This document shows, one piece after another, positions 1 to 11,071 of a stretch of DNA of 42,606 bases. Below the pieces are notes generated by a model. That model saw nothing but the letters and a program-made list of their open reading frames with translations, did not search any database and had not been told where the DNA came from. This DNA is from Octopus bimaculoides (lineage: Eukaryota), in the NCBI RefSeq assembly GCF_001194135.2, contig NC_068988.1, forward strand, positions 52,640,659 to 52,683,264. The letters run 5' to 3'. The translations under genes were made by a program, and so were the position numbers. Position 1 is the first letter of the stretch. Each line of letters starts with the position of its first letter.

Positions 1-31
1 TGGCCGCGGTCAAATGACTGAAACAAAAGAG
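1..31 (+). mobile_element. SINE family A, 3' tail (truncated by window edge)
   Basis: TGGCCGCGGTCAAATGACTGAAACAAAAGAG matches the 3' end of the fuller copies at 2438-2650 and 6778-7199. Confidence 0.8.
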
Positions 32-543
32 TATATATGTATATGTGTGTGTGTGTGTGTGTGTGACCGCGTATGTGCCGTTGGCGATTTTCTTTCTCCA
101 ATTTCCCTCCTTTGTACTTGTCATATGTGAAAACTATGCATCACGTACATTGGGTTCAGATACCGAATGGACGAGTGACAAATAAAGAGATAAAAATTCG
201 AGGTAAGGGTTTTCAAAAGGAACTTTTCGAATCGATTAAGAACTTGATGTTTATACGAAATGTCGGATGAGAGTTCAAAATTTAAAAATTCAGGAGTAAA
301 TAGGTAAATAAAATAAATATATACAGATTCGAGTGAATTCGGGTAAAGGATATCATCATTTAGTAGTTACATGATACATAGTTTTCACATATGACTTTTA
401 CATGTAATTTTGATCACTGGTTTATAAATTTATATGTATATTTATTTCGTTGCGTTTAAAATTATGCTTTGGAATTTGAATTGATTGCCTGGATGTGTTC
501 CTTCTATAATTCCCCTTATCCTTATATATATATATATACACAT

Positions 544-677
544 ACGATGGGCTTCTTTCCATTTCCGTCAACCAAATCCACTCACAAGGCTTTGATAGGC
601 CCGAAGATATAGTAGAAGACACTTGGCCAAGGTTTTACGCAGTGGCCTGAACTCAGAATCATGTCGTTGGGAAGCAT
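544..677 (-). mobile_element. SINE family A, 5' half
   Basis: Reverse complement matches the 5' half of the copy at 6778 (CCTTGG-CAAGTGTCTTCTACTAT ... TTGTGAGTGGATTTGG ... GAAGCCC). Confidence 0.8.
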
Positions 678-796
678 TCACACCTGATTTCCGTAATAAA
701 AGAGTAAAAATTTTAGATAATCATAATTCTATCAAGACATGATTCTAACTGCTCTTGATAAATTATAAAAGCAGCATCCTGCCCAAACGTTGAAAT

Positions 797-986
797 CGAA
801 AGAGATTGCAGCCAAATTCCCTCTTATTATATTCTACCGTCTTTTAAAAAGAAAGGAGAGATTTGGACAATGTGGCCGTAGATATACCAAAAGATTGGCT
901 GAAACGTCTATGAAACGTTCATATATTTATATATCTGCTTAATCACAGTTGATCTGGAGCTTAACAACAGCAGCAGCAGCGACAAC
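797..986 (+). mobile_element. Family E short retroposon with (CAA/CAG)n tail
   Basis: GCAGCCAAATTCCCTC ... CTACCGTCTTTTAAAAAG ... CTGGAGCTTAACAACAGC; homologous to the minus-strand copies at 25234-25442 and 30081-30295. Confidence 0.6.
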
Positions 987-1146
987 CTAGTATCACGTGT
1001 GTCCAGCATTACACAAAGTAACATACTTCAACATTTTTTTCCCAGAATATTCGTCCCTCATTAATAATAAGCTGTCCAGTCTTGTCACAGGTGATTGCGT
1101 TTCGCCACCATAATTCATTGATAGGAAACTCCCGCTTTTCCTTCAG

Positions 1147-1148
<2 letters not shown>

Positions 1149-1200
<52 letters not shown>
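1149..1200. repeat. (CA)n microsatellite
   Basis: Perfect dinucleotide run. Confidence 0.97.
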
Positions 1201-1204
<4 letters not shown>

Positions 1205-1764
1205 CTTCATCTCTTTCTCCTTCACTCTATTTCTCTCACCCCTCCTCTTTCTGTCTCTTTGCCGCTGCTAGCTGTTCGTTTATAGTAGGTCGTGAAAGGT
1301 CCTTTTTTCATTTTTCTTTCTTCTCCAAACCTTCAAACGTTCCCTAAATGCAAGTCTGTTTTGTGGAAATCAGAATGAAGCGATCAAAGAGCAGTGTTTA
1401 TGGTTGACGAGTTTCGGATTCCGTTACGCCAAGTCTTTAGTCTAAATTATTGGTCGAAATGAAGACGTCAATCAGTAAGTATGAGAAGGTCAACGACGTC
1501 CGGTCAATTTCATGCGAATATAATTTCGTAAATGATCCAACGGCAACAAATCAACTTGGTGTGATTTTCTCTGTCCCCTGAAGGTTATGAGTGACCAGCA
1601 ATGCATGTACGCATGTATGTGTGTATGTATTTATGTATGTATGTATGTGTGCGTAACAGAAAACCTTGCATTCTTTACTCGGATTCACACACAACAAGAT
1701 ATTGTAGTTACAATACTTTGGCCAAATATTTCAACAGGCCATTAGAAGAGTAAATGAACCATTG

Positions 1765-1871
1765 AGTGAGCGCTGCCATTGTTGTTGTTGCCGTTGTTAG
1801 ACTCGTCGCCATTGTAGTAGTAACAGTAGTAGTAGTTGTTGTTGCTGTTGTTGTTAACGTTGTTAGCATTA

Positions 1872-1923
<52 letters not shown>

Positions 1924-1930
1924 CATTATT

Positions 1931-1967
<37 letters not shown>

Positions 1968-1990
1968 TTGTCGTCGTTGTTGCTGCTGTT
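1765..1990. repeat. Compound trinucleotide array (GTT/GTA/ATT)n
   Basis: Direct reading; source of the poly-V/I/L ORFs. Confidence 0.95.
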
Positions 1991-2060
1991 TAGCCCCAGG
2001 CTAGCCCGGATTGAGCAGATCTATGATCAAAGTCGCACGATGAAACCCGTGCAATAATAT
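1986..2060 (-). mobile_element. Family E, 3' end
   Basis: GTTTAGCCCCAGGCTAGCCCGGATTGAGCAGATCTATGATCAAAG is shared with copies at 14242, 25071, 25234 and 25465. Confidence 0.75.
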
Positions 2061-2145
2061 ACACAAAATAATCTCGCGATACGTAAGCCTGCCATACCTA
2101 AAATGCTATCACTAGCGCAGTGTGTTAGCGCCAGTACTTCCGAAC

Positions 2146-2437
<292 letters not shown>

Positions 2438-2650
2438 GTTTGTGTGTCTGTGTTTGTTCCCCCCAACATCGCTTGATAACCGATGCTGGTGTGTTTACGT
2501 CCCCGTAACCTGGCGGTTCGGCAAAAAGAGACCGATAGAATGAGTACTAGGCTTACAAAGAATAAGTCCTGGGGTCGATTTGCTCGACTAAAAGCGGTGC
2601 TCCAGTATGGCCGCAGTCAAATGACTGAAACAAGTAAAAGAGTAAAGGAG
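2438..2650 (+). mobile_element. SINE family A, 3' half
   Basis: CATCGCTTGA-AACCGATGCTGGTGTGTTTACGTCCCCGTAAC ... CTGGGGTCGATTTGCTCGACT ... GAAACAAGTAAAAGAG. Confidence 0.9.
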
Positions 2651-2813
2651 TATATGTGTGTGTGTATGTGCAAGTGTGTGCCTGTGTGTATATATAAATG
2701 TCCTGGCTCTCCTTGTGTGCATACACACACGTGCGCGCGCGCGCACACACATGCATATACACATGCAAATATACAAATATTTGTTTCTATGGCGAGTTAT
2801 TTCAATTTTTATT

Positions 2814-3196
2814 CTCTTACTCTTTTACTTGTTTCAGCCATTTGACTGCGGCCATGCTGGTGTACCGCATTTAGTCGAACAAATCGCCCCCAAGACTTAT
2901 TCTTCGTAAGCCTAGTACTTATTCTATCAGTCTCTTTTGCCAAACCGCTAGGTAACGGGGACGTAAACACACCAAAATCGGTTGTCAAGCGATGGTGGGG
3001 GACAAACACACACACACACACGCACGCACACACACANNNNNNNNNNCACACACACACACACACGACGAGCTTCTTTCAGTTTCGTCTACTAAATCCACTC
3101 ACAAGGCTTTGTTCAGCTATAATAGACACTTGAGCAAGGTGCCACGCAGTGGAACTGAACCCAGAACCATGTGGTTGGGAAGCAAGCTTTTTACCA
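2814..3196 (-). mobile_element. SINE family A, near full length
   Basis: Both halves present, separated by an internal (CA)n tract that contains a 10-N gap. Confidence 0.9.
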
Positions 3197-3378
3197 AAAA
3201 CAATTCAACGTTATGCTGAAAAATTATAACAATACTTATTGTAGAGTACGCATTTATTGTACTTCCACAAGACCAGGGGCGACCGTAAAATATATGTGTT
3301 GTATGTACGTATGTATGCATTATGTATGTATTTAATATGTATGTATGTATTATGTGTGTATGTATCTATGTATGTATT

Positions 3379-3849
3379 ATCGGACACAGACTGTGTGTCG
3401 TTAGCCAGCTGGAGGAGATGTCTTCCTGGGGCTATAAACAACAGTAGCATTGTCCTGTATAGGATGCCACACTTAGTTGGCAAATATATTTTATGATTCT
3501 GTACTGCTACTGTTTATATCTCTCTCAGAGATTTAATATAACAAATCTCTCTCTTTTACGAAATCAGTGACAGTGAGTCGTTAGAAAAGCATATATTATT
3601 TTGCGAGTGGAATGAGTTTTCATCACTAGCCAGTGATTATCACATGCTGAGGACGGGCAATCTCCCAGTAACTCGGATCCTTGTGTATCACGTAAGGCTA
3701 GAGATTGGAGCAATGACCTCTCTCGCAAATACTAATCGGACACAGACTGTGTGTCATTAGCCAGCTGGAGGAGATGTCTTCCTGAGGCTAAAAACAACAG
3801 GAGCACTGTCCTGTATAGGACGCCACATTTAGTTGGCAAATATATTTTA

Positions 3850-3853
<4 letters not shown>
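3379..3853. repeat. 119-bp direct repeat pair (3379-3497 and 3735-3853), period 356 bp
   Basis: Ungapped alignment with 8 mismatches in 119 bp, counted by eye. Confidence 0.92.
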
Positions 3854-3882
<29 letters not shown>

Positions 3883-3886
<4 letters not shown>

Positions 3887-5129
3887 GTCATTAAGAATTA
3901 AATGTCCGGTTTTGAACTGAAAGTTTATTTTACTTTATCTCAACAAAAAGCAATGCAGTTAATCAAAGTATGCACATAAATTATCAACACAATTTTGCCA
4001 TTTTATCGGTAGCTTATTTATGCCGGCAGCGAAGAATTCACAAAAGGCTGTCTTTGGATCTTCTTCAGATTTGAAGTTTTTACCTTGGAAAAAGTTGTCT
4101 AATGCCTGGAAAAAGTGATAGTCAGTTGGTGCTAGGTCCGGTGAATATGGTGAATGGCAGAATACTTCCAAGTTCAGTTCTTGTAACTTGAGTAGCGTCC
4201 TTTGTGCAACATGTGATCGAGTATTGTCTTGCAAGAGAATTGACCTGTCTCTATTGACTAATCTCGGTTAATTGCAAGTTCACTCACCATTTTATCCAGT
4301 TGGTTGATGTATACATCCGCTGTAATTGACTTGCCAGGTTTCATGAAACTGTAGTGAATGACACCAGTACTGGGCCACCAAACAGACACCATTAGCTTTT
4401 TTTGGTGAATATTCTTTTGGGGATTGTTTTGGCACTTCGTCTCTATCCAACCACCGTGCAGAATGGTTGCTATCGTTGAAAAGAATCCATTATTCCCTAC
4501 ACGTAACAATAAGATGCAAAAATGGTTCTTTTTTATGCCGTGACAGCAAAGAACAACAAGTTTGAAGACGACGTGTCACCTGATGCTCGCTCAGTTCGTG
4601 TGGTACCCACTTATCCAGCTTATTTACCTTGCCGATTTGTTTCAGATGGTCCAATACAGCTAGAATCGAAACATCAAACCTTGCTGCTAACTCACGTGTA
4701 GTTTGAGAGGTATCTGCTTCCACTACAGTTCCCAGCTCATCATTATCCACCTTGCTCTCAGGTCTACCACGAGGCTGATTTTCAAGAATACAGTCACAAG
4801 ACCGGAACTTCCAAAGCCATCGATGCACAGTGCGCTCATTCGTTACATCTTTACTCATTGATGTTTCGAGCTGTCTGGGATGCATTGGTTCCACGACGGA
4901 ACTCATATTCATAAGCAACATGAATTTTTAATCCATCCATGGGTTCACGAAAATTGATTTACAAGAGAAAACTCACAATATAATCAGACATCATGAATTG
5001 CATTTCGAAAAGTGATGATGCAACTCTTCAATGTTGTAAAACAAAGTATTCTCAGGATTAAACATTAGAGTTAACAACTGTCAAACTTGGTGCATAAGAA
5101 AATCGGACATTTCATTCTTAATGACCAGA
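3883..5129 (-). mobile_element. Full-length decayed mariner DNA transposon (~1.25 kb)
   Basis: TIRs TCAGGTCATTAAGAATTAAATGTCCGGTTTT (from 3883) and AAAATCGGACATTTCATTCTTAATGACCAGA (ending 5129). TA on the left; TG instead of TA on the right. Confidence 0.95.
3959..4921 (-). pseudogene. Mariner D,D34D transposase, frameshifted into three ORFs
   Basis: WVPHEL and YSPDLAPTDYHFF signature motifs, plus KKLMVSVWW, QDNTRSHVA and the C-terminus WQNCVDNLCAYFD. Resembles Hsmar1/SETMAR-type transposases; the first catalytic D (TCDEKW) reads TCRE at a frameshift. Confidence 0.93.
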
Positions 5130-5318
5130 TGATCGCTAGCCACTACACATACTTTATTTTCTCTCCTTATTTCTTTCTGTGTTCCATTCTGTAGAAGAGC
5201 GTAGGCTCGAAACGTTAAAGACTTCTTCACTTCCCGAGCGTTAAACTAAAACATCTGTTTGTTGTCTACACCACCTGTCTTCACCTTTTGTTTTTTTTTC
5301 GTGAATTATCCCTATATG
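5130..5318 (+). mobile_element. Penelope-like terminal-repeat remnant (family D) with hammerhead-like motif
   Basis: CTGTAGAAGAGCGTAGGCTCGAAACGTT, followed by TTCCCGAGCGTTAAACTAAAACA; homologous copy at 39414-39530 (minus). Penelope assignment is inferred from the motif. Confidence 0.55.
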
Positions 5319-6344
5319 TATGTATGTATGTATATGCACACATTCGCGCGCGCGCATACACACCCAAATACACATCAGTTTTTCGACCAGCATTATGAAT
5401 AGCAATGGCAACTATCAACCTAAGGTAGACAATTGATGTTTGTAAACATACATCAATCATTGCTTATCGAGATAAAAATATACTGAAATAAACAGAAACA
5501 CAAAATAAACAAAAATATATTTTAAAAAGAAAACATTTACAAAATGTATTTGCTTGTGGATTGTGAAAAAGAGAGATGGATTAACGAAACAGACAGATTA
5601 AGATGATCGTATTAATCCCCTTATAGAAAAATATTTCTTCAGCTCTGAGCCTAGAGCTCGGAGCCCAGAGCCCGGGGAGAAGCGATCTGAATAGGCCAAG
5701 ATAGACGAAATCTGTTTAATTAATGTTTTAATTGCATGGTTATTAAGGATTATAATGATAAGATAATGAAATTATATAGGCACAAATGAGTATGTGATAT
5801 GATTCCATCTCATCTGATTAGATCTGTTCTGTAAGTTGCAGGGATCTGAGACTGGATGGTAGAGGATGGTGGAGAGTGCTGGTTGTGGCGGTGGCCGTGG
5901 TAGTAGTTTTGGTGGCTTGGTGGGTGGGTCTTTTGTTTTAATCCAAGGGGTAAGATTTCTGCTTCACTGAAGATTATTCCAGTAAGGATAAAGAATACTC
6001 CATGTACATTATTCTACAACGACAACTGTCCGAATGAATTTTCGTTGAACGGTTTGGGCCCTCAGAACGAACTGACGAACACACACACGTGTGTGTGTGT
6101 ATATATATANNNNNNNNNNNNNNNNNNNNNNNNNNNNNNNNNNNNNNNNNNNNNNNNNNNNNNNNNNNNNNNNNNNNNNNNNNNNNNNNNNNNNNNNNNN
6201 NNNNNNNNNNNNNNNNNNNNNNNNNNNNNNNNNNNNNNNNNNNNNNNNNNNNNNNNNNNNNNNNNNNNNNNNNNNNNNNNNNNNNNNNNNNNNNNNNNNN
6301 NNNNNNNNNNNNNNNNNNNNNNNNNNNNNNNNNNNNNNNNNNNN

Positions 6345-6398
<54 letters not shown>

Positions 6399-6579
6399 AT
6401 ATATATATTTATATATATATATTTATATATATATGTATGTATGTACGCATGTATGTATGTGTATGTGTTTGCATCTATATAAATGTATATATATGTATAT
6501 ATGAATATATACATGTATATGTGCATACATGTGTGTGTGTGTGCGTGCATGCGTGTGTTCGTGCGTGCATTTCTTTATG

Positions 6580-6762
6580 TTGTGTTTGTATTCCGCCACC
6601 GCTTGTCAACCAATGCTGGTTTGTTTGCCTCCCTGTAACTTAGCGGTGCGGAAAAAAGATACTGATAGAATAAGTACCAAGGTTAAGAAATAATGATTTG
6701 TTTGACTAAACCCTCCAGCATGGCCACAGTCCAATGCCTGTAATAAGTAAAAGATTAAAGAT
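6580..6762 (+). mobile_element. SINE family A, diverged 3' half
   Basis: Aligns to 2438-2650. Confidence 0.85.
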
Positions 6763-6777
6763 TTTTTTTTAATGAAC

Positions 6778-6950
6778 TAGGAGTGGCTGTGTGGTATGTA
6801 GCTTGCCTACGAACCACATGGTTCCGGGTTCAGTCCCACTGCGTGGCACCTTGGGCAAATGTCTTCTACTATAGCCTCGGGTCGACCAAAGACTTGTGAG
6901 TGGATTTGGTAGATGTAAACTGAAAGAATCCCGTCGTATATATGTATTTG

Positions 6951-6985
<35 letters not shown>

Positions 6986-7199
6986 GTGNNNNNNNNNNTT
7001 GTGTTTGTATTCCGCCACCGCTTGTCAACCAATGCTGGTTTGTTTGCCTCCCTGTAACTTAGCGGTTCGGCAAAAGAGACCGATAGAATAAGTACTAGGC
7101 ATACAAAGAATAAGTCCTGGGGTCGATTTGCTCGACTAAAGGCTGTGCTCCAGCATGGCCACAGTCAAATGACTGAAACAAATAAAAGTGTAAAAGAGT
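6778..7199 (+). mobile_element. SINE family A, full length (tRNA-like head, core, internal microsatellite, 3' half)
   Basis: Head has A-box-like TGGCTGTGTGG and B-box-like GGTTCAGTCCC; ends in a GTAAAAGAG-type tail. Confidence 0.92.
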
Positions 7200-7260
7200 A
7201 ATGGATCAGAATTATTTTGATAAGGCGAAAGAATCCTGATGCATTATTGGAAATAATATT

Positions 7261-7474
7261 CTTTTCTACTCTAGGCACAAAACCCGAAATTTTGGGGGAG
7301 GGAGCCAGTCGATTAGATCGACCCCAGTACGCAACTGGTACTTAATTTATCGACCCCGAAAGGATGAAAGGCAAAGTTGACCTCGGCGAACTTGAATTCA
7401 GATCGTAAAGACAGACGAAATACCGCTAAGTATTTCGCCCGGCGTGCTAACGATTCTGCCAGTTCGCTGCCTTA
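7261..7474 (-). mobile_element. SINE family B, full length with 15-bp TSD
   Basis: TSD ATTGGAAATAATATT at 7246-7260 and 7475-7489. Minus-strand head GGCAGCGAACTGGCAGAATCGTTAGCACGCC; core GCCTTTCATCCTTTCGGGGTCGATAAATTAAGTACC. Confidence 0.93.
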
Positions 7475-7569
7475 ATTGGAAATAATATTATGAAGGTTTT
7501 CATATATATTCCTTATATGGTTAATGTTCCTATCAAAGACAAAATACTCAGTAAAATAACAGGAACGGC

Positions 7570-7647
7570 TCTTTACGCTCTGAGTTCAAATTCCACCGAG
7601 ATCGACTATGCCTTTCATCCTTACGGGGTAGATAAAATAAATAACAG
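7570..7647 (+). mobile_element. SINE family B fragment
   Basis: CTGAGTTCAAATTCCACCGAGATCGACTATGCCTTTCATCCTTACGGGGTAGATAAAAT. Confidence 0.85.
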
Positions 7648-7713
7648 TGAAACTATTCATCGACTTCCCCACTCCCCTCAAAATTATGCCAAAGTTAGAA
7701 AGAATTATTTGTC

Positions 7714-8104
7714 GTGTGGTAAGAAGCTTGCTTCTCAATCACATAGTTCGGGTTCATTCCCATTGCATAGCACCTTGGCCATGTGTCTTCTACTATAGCC
7801 TCAGGCTGACCAAAGCCTTATGAATGGATTTGGTAGATGGAAATTGAAAAAAGCCCGTCGTATACACACATATATACATACGCACACACAGGCACTCACA
7901 CGCATATATATGAGTGTGTGTCTTTGTGCCTTTGTTTGTCCCCACCCCATCATCGCTTGACAACCGGTGTTGGAGTGTTTATGACTCCCGTAACTTAGTG
8001 GTTCGTAAAAAAATAAAAATAGAATAAGTTTTAGGTTTAAAAATAAGTCCTTGGGTCGAATTGTTCGACAAAAGCACTTGAAGGCGGTGCTCCAGCATGG
8101 CAGT
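7714..8104 (+). mobile_element. SINE family A, diverged near-full copy
   Basis: Both halves plus internal CA/TG tract. Confidence 0.88.
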
Positions 8105-8316
8105 TATTAACTGCCTTTAAAAGGCAACCAAAGTACGTGGTATTATTTATTCTGAAAGATCCTCAAACCATAAAGAGGATGTTCTAATTAGTTGAGCAAC
8201 AAAGAGATTTAAGGACAGATTCGTTTTTGTATTTAGTTTGTAAGATTCTTAGTGTGATTTCGCGCGTTGAAACAAATTTCGTTGTGTCTTGGAAGAGTCC
8301 CTACGCCAATAATGAT

Positions 8317-8529
8317 CCCTTCTACTATAGACACAAGGGCTGAAATTTGGAGGAGGGGGATAGTCGATTGCATCGACCGACACCAGTGTTTTATTGGTAC
8401 TTACTTTATTGACCCTGAAAGTATGAAAGGCAAAATCGATCGCGGCGGAATTTGAACTCAGAACGTAGCGACGGTCGAAATATCGCTAAGCATTTCGTCC
8501 AGCGTGCTAACGATTCTGCCAACGATTTC
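8317..8529 (-). mobile_element. SINE family B
   Basis: Aligns to 7261-7474; possible TSD CCAATAAT(G/A)AT on both sides. Confidence 0.88.
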
Positions 8530-9779
8530 ACCAATAATAATAACACCACAATTGCTAATGACTTGTAGGTACGCAGTATATCGTTATGCGACCGTAATAT
8601 ACTATAAAGTATATCAAACGTTTTTATAAGTTAATACCGCGTTCTACTGTGCTAGCAGTGCGCTTTTTGCATTACTAGTGAAGGTTATCTTTACAGATAT
8701 TCTACAGAAATTATAACCAGCACTGACTTTTTCTAAGAGTTGTTCGATGTAAACAAACAATGAGATCGAAGATGAGAAAAGTGTAATGGGTGTACATGCT
8801 ATATTACATGGGGTTTTCCCCTTCATCAGCACCCATCCATCCTTTTAATCATCCTCGAACACATTGCTTAAATAATAACCACGCACAGGTTCAATTCCAC
8901 TTCTGCGATGTTACCTAATTGGTTAAATATCTAACCAACTAACTAATCGGTTGTTTGTTTAATGTTCTGGTTAAACAATTGATTGATTGTTTCTTAGTCA
9001 AAGTTCTTTCGTTGCAGTTTGCGACCTTTTCAGTGACTTAATGACTTCCCCTCTCGCTCCGAAGTCATTGTTCTACATCTGTAGTCCTTTCTTCTTTACT
9101 TTTATTCTTTCTGAGTTTTTTTTTTTTAATTTGTTTCTTCTTCTATAAAAAGGAATATATACTTCTCTCAGGCGGTCGTGAACTATCAGCTTTACACAGA
9201 CGCTCAAATTTATTGAATGAATAAATAAAATATGATGAAGTATAATAAAATAACTAAAGGTATTTTATTGCGGTCTATAAATTAGACGGTGAAGCTCGAA
9301 TGAAGAGGCGAAACGATGAAGTTCTTGTAGAATAAATAATAAACTTTCGGAGCTGTTTGTTAACCAAGTTGATCTGAGATCGTGTGTTGAGGCTGAAACA
9401 ATTTATATCGTTTATATTCATGTTTTATTGCAGTCTGTCATAACATTTACACACTACTAAGTGTCAGAGCATTATGTTTTGCATCTACGTACGACTTTAT
9501 TCAACGGCCATAGTAAACATTTCAGGAAGTTACGACTGGAAGGCTTAAGTGAAATGAGAAGATAGGGATTCTGTGAAATAAAGAAAGGAGATATCCACGT
9601 CTAAAAGTGTGTATGATGGGAATTGTCTACGAAAGAAATAAAATTGGATGCTGCAATGTAAGAGCGTAAAAGTGTAAGAGTAAGAGTGATGTTTTGGAAT
9701 TATTGGGGATGACCTATTAAAGTTAAAGGTCAGTGGAGTGATGAAGGAATTAATAGACCTGTGTTGTGATATATAAAGT

Positions 9780-9800
9780 ATGTATGTATGTATGTATGTA

Positions 9801-9845
<45 letters not shown>

Positions 9846-9872
9846 GTGTGGATGTTTATGTATGTGTGTGTG

Positions 9873-9904
<32 letters not shown>

Positions 9905-10110
9905 CGGGTGTGCAAGCATGTGTATGCATATATAAATATTTGTATGTACGTGTGTGTATGTGTGTATATTCAAAGAGAGAGACAGAGAGAGACAGAGAGA
10001 GAGAGACAGAGAGAGACAGAGAGAGAGAGACAGAGAGAGAGAGAGATAGAGAGTAGGGAAGGAGAGATAGAGGGTAGGGAAGAAAAGAGAGAGAGAGAGA
10101 CATAAGTTCA
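9780..10110. repeat. Compound (TATG)n/(TA)n/(TG)n/(GA)n microsatellite
   Basis: Direct reading. Confidence 0.93.
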
Positions 10111-10172
10111 TAGGTAGATCGACAGAGATGTACTTTTGGATAAGACAGATATGAAGGAAGATAGATAATAGC

Positions 10173-10203
<31 letters not shown>

Positions 10204-10384
10204 AAACAAGGCATCACTTAGTATAAAGACGACTGTATACTAATGATTAAGTGTTATTTCTGATTATCTAATTAATTACTGTTCAAAATATACATTGGAA
10301 TAAAAAGGGGCTATTCTTTTTAGCCCAATTAGCATAATGTAATCATTGATTTCTAACAGAGATACGATGCTTCCAATTGAAGTA

Positions 10385-10470
10385 TAACCGATTATATCTA
10401 CTGCAGTACTTGACTTGTACTTGTTTTATCGATCTCCGACCGATCAGAGGCAAAGTTTATTTCGGTGCGA
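10385..10470 (-). mobile_element. Old SINE family B remnant
   Basis: CGATTATATC ... CAGTAC ... GTACTTGTTTTATCGATC ... GGCAAAGTT ... TTCGG skeleton. Confidence 0.55.
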
Positions 10471-11071
10471 ACAATAAAGCCATAAAAATAACCGTCATTT
10501 AATTTCAGATCATTCAAGAAAAAAAATATATAAGTATTTGAATTACAATATCTGATATTGTACGCTAATTAAGATAGAACGTTAATGATTATTTGATAGT
10601 AACATCTAACATTTGTTGTGTTTGGTAATCAAAAATGTTTATCCGCAAAACGATCGAGAATTGTCCCACTCCGTATGTTTATGGAATACACTTTATGACT
10701 TGTTGTTATGTTGGTTGGATGTCCGTAATTGTTGCTCATCACTCGATAAGTATCTTCAATGAGACAGGTGGTTACTCCAACTGTCCTCAATCCGAGCAGC
10801 GNNNNNNNNNNCAAACAAAAAGAGCTACTTAAAGGATGGGCTTTGTTTCCCGGTGAAGTACAGGAAAATGACTTTGACGATAGGCTCAATGATGTTTAAT
10901 TGAAATGCCGGATGCAGATTGACATAAATACAACCATTAACTACAGAACTTCTGAATGATATTTACGGACACTACAACAATGGGCTTACTGTAGGCATTG
11001 GCCAAAAACTACCGAATTAATCTGTATATAGATAGACATACACTTTTGCCACAGAGCATTTAATTTGTATA

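Noticed and set aside
73-270. 65-aa ORF in unique sequence with a GAG|GTAAGG donor-like site
   Set aside because: No recognisable domain and no good acceptor; cannot be supported as an exon.
9710-9732. Everted nuclear-receptor half sites TGACCT-n11-AGGTCA and nearby TTTATTG motifs
   Set aside because: Short motifs expected by chance in AT-rich DNA; no independent support.
10629-10889. Unique stretch with KHTEWDNSR, faintly like a GIY-YIG region
   Set aside because: Similarity too short, and the frame is broken by stops and a gap.
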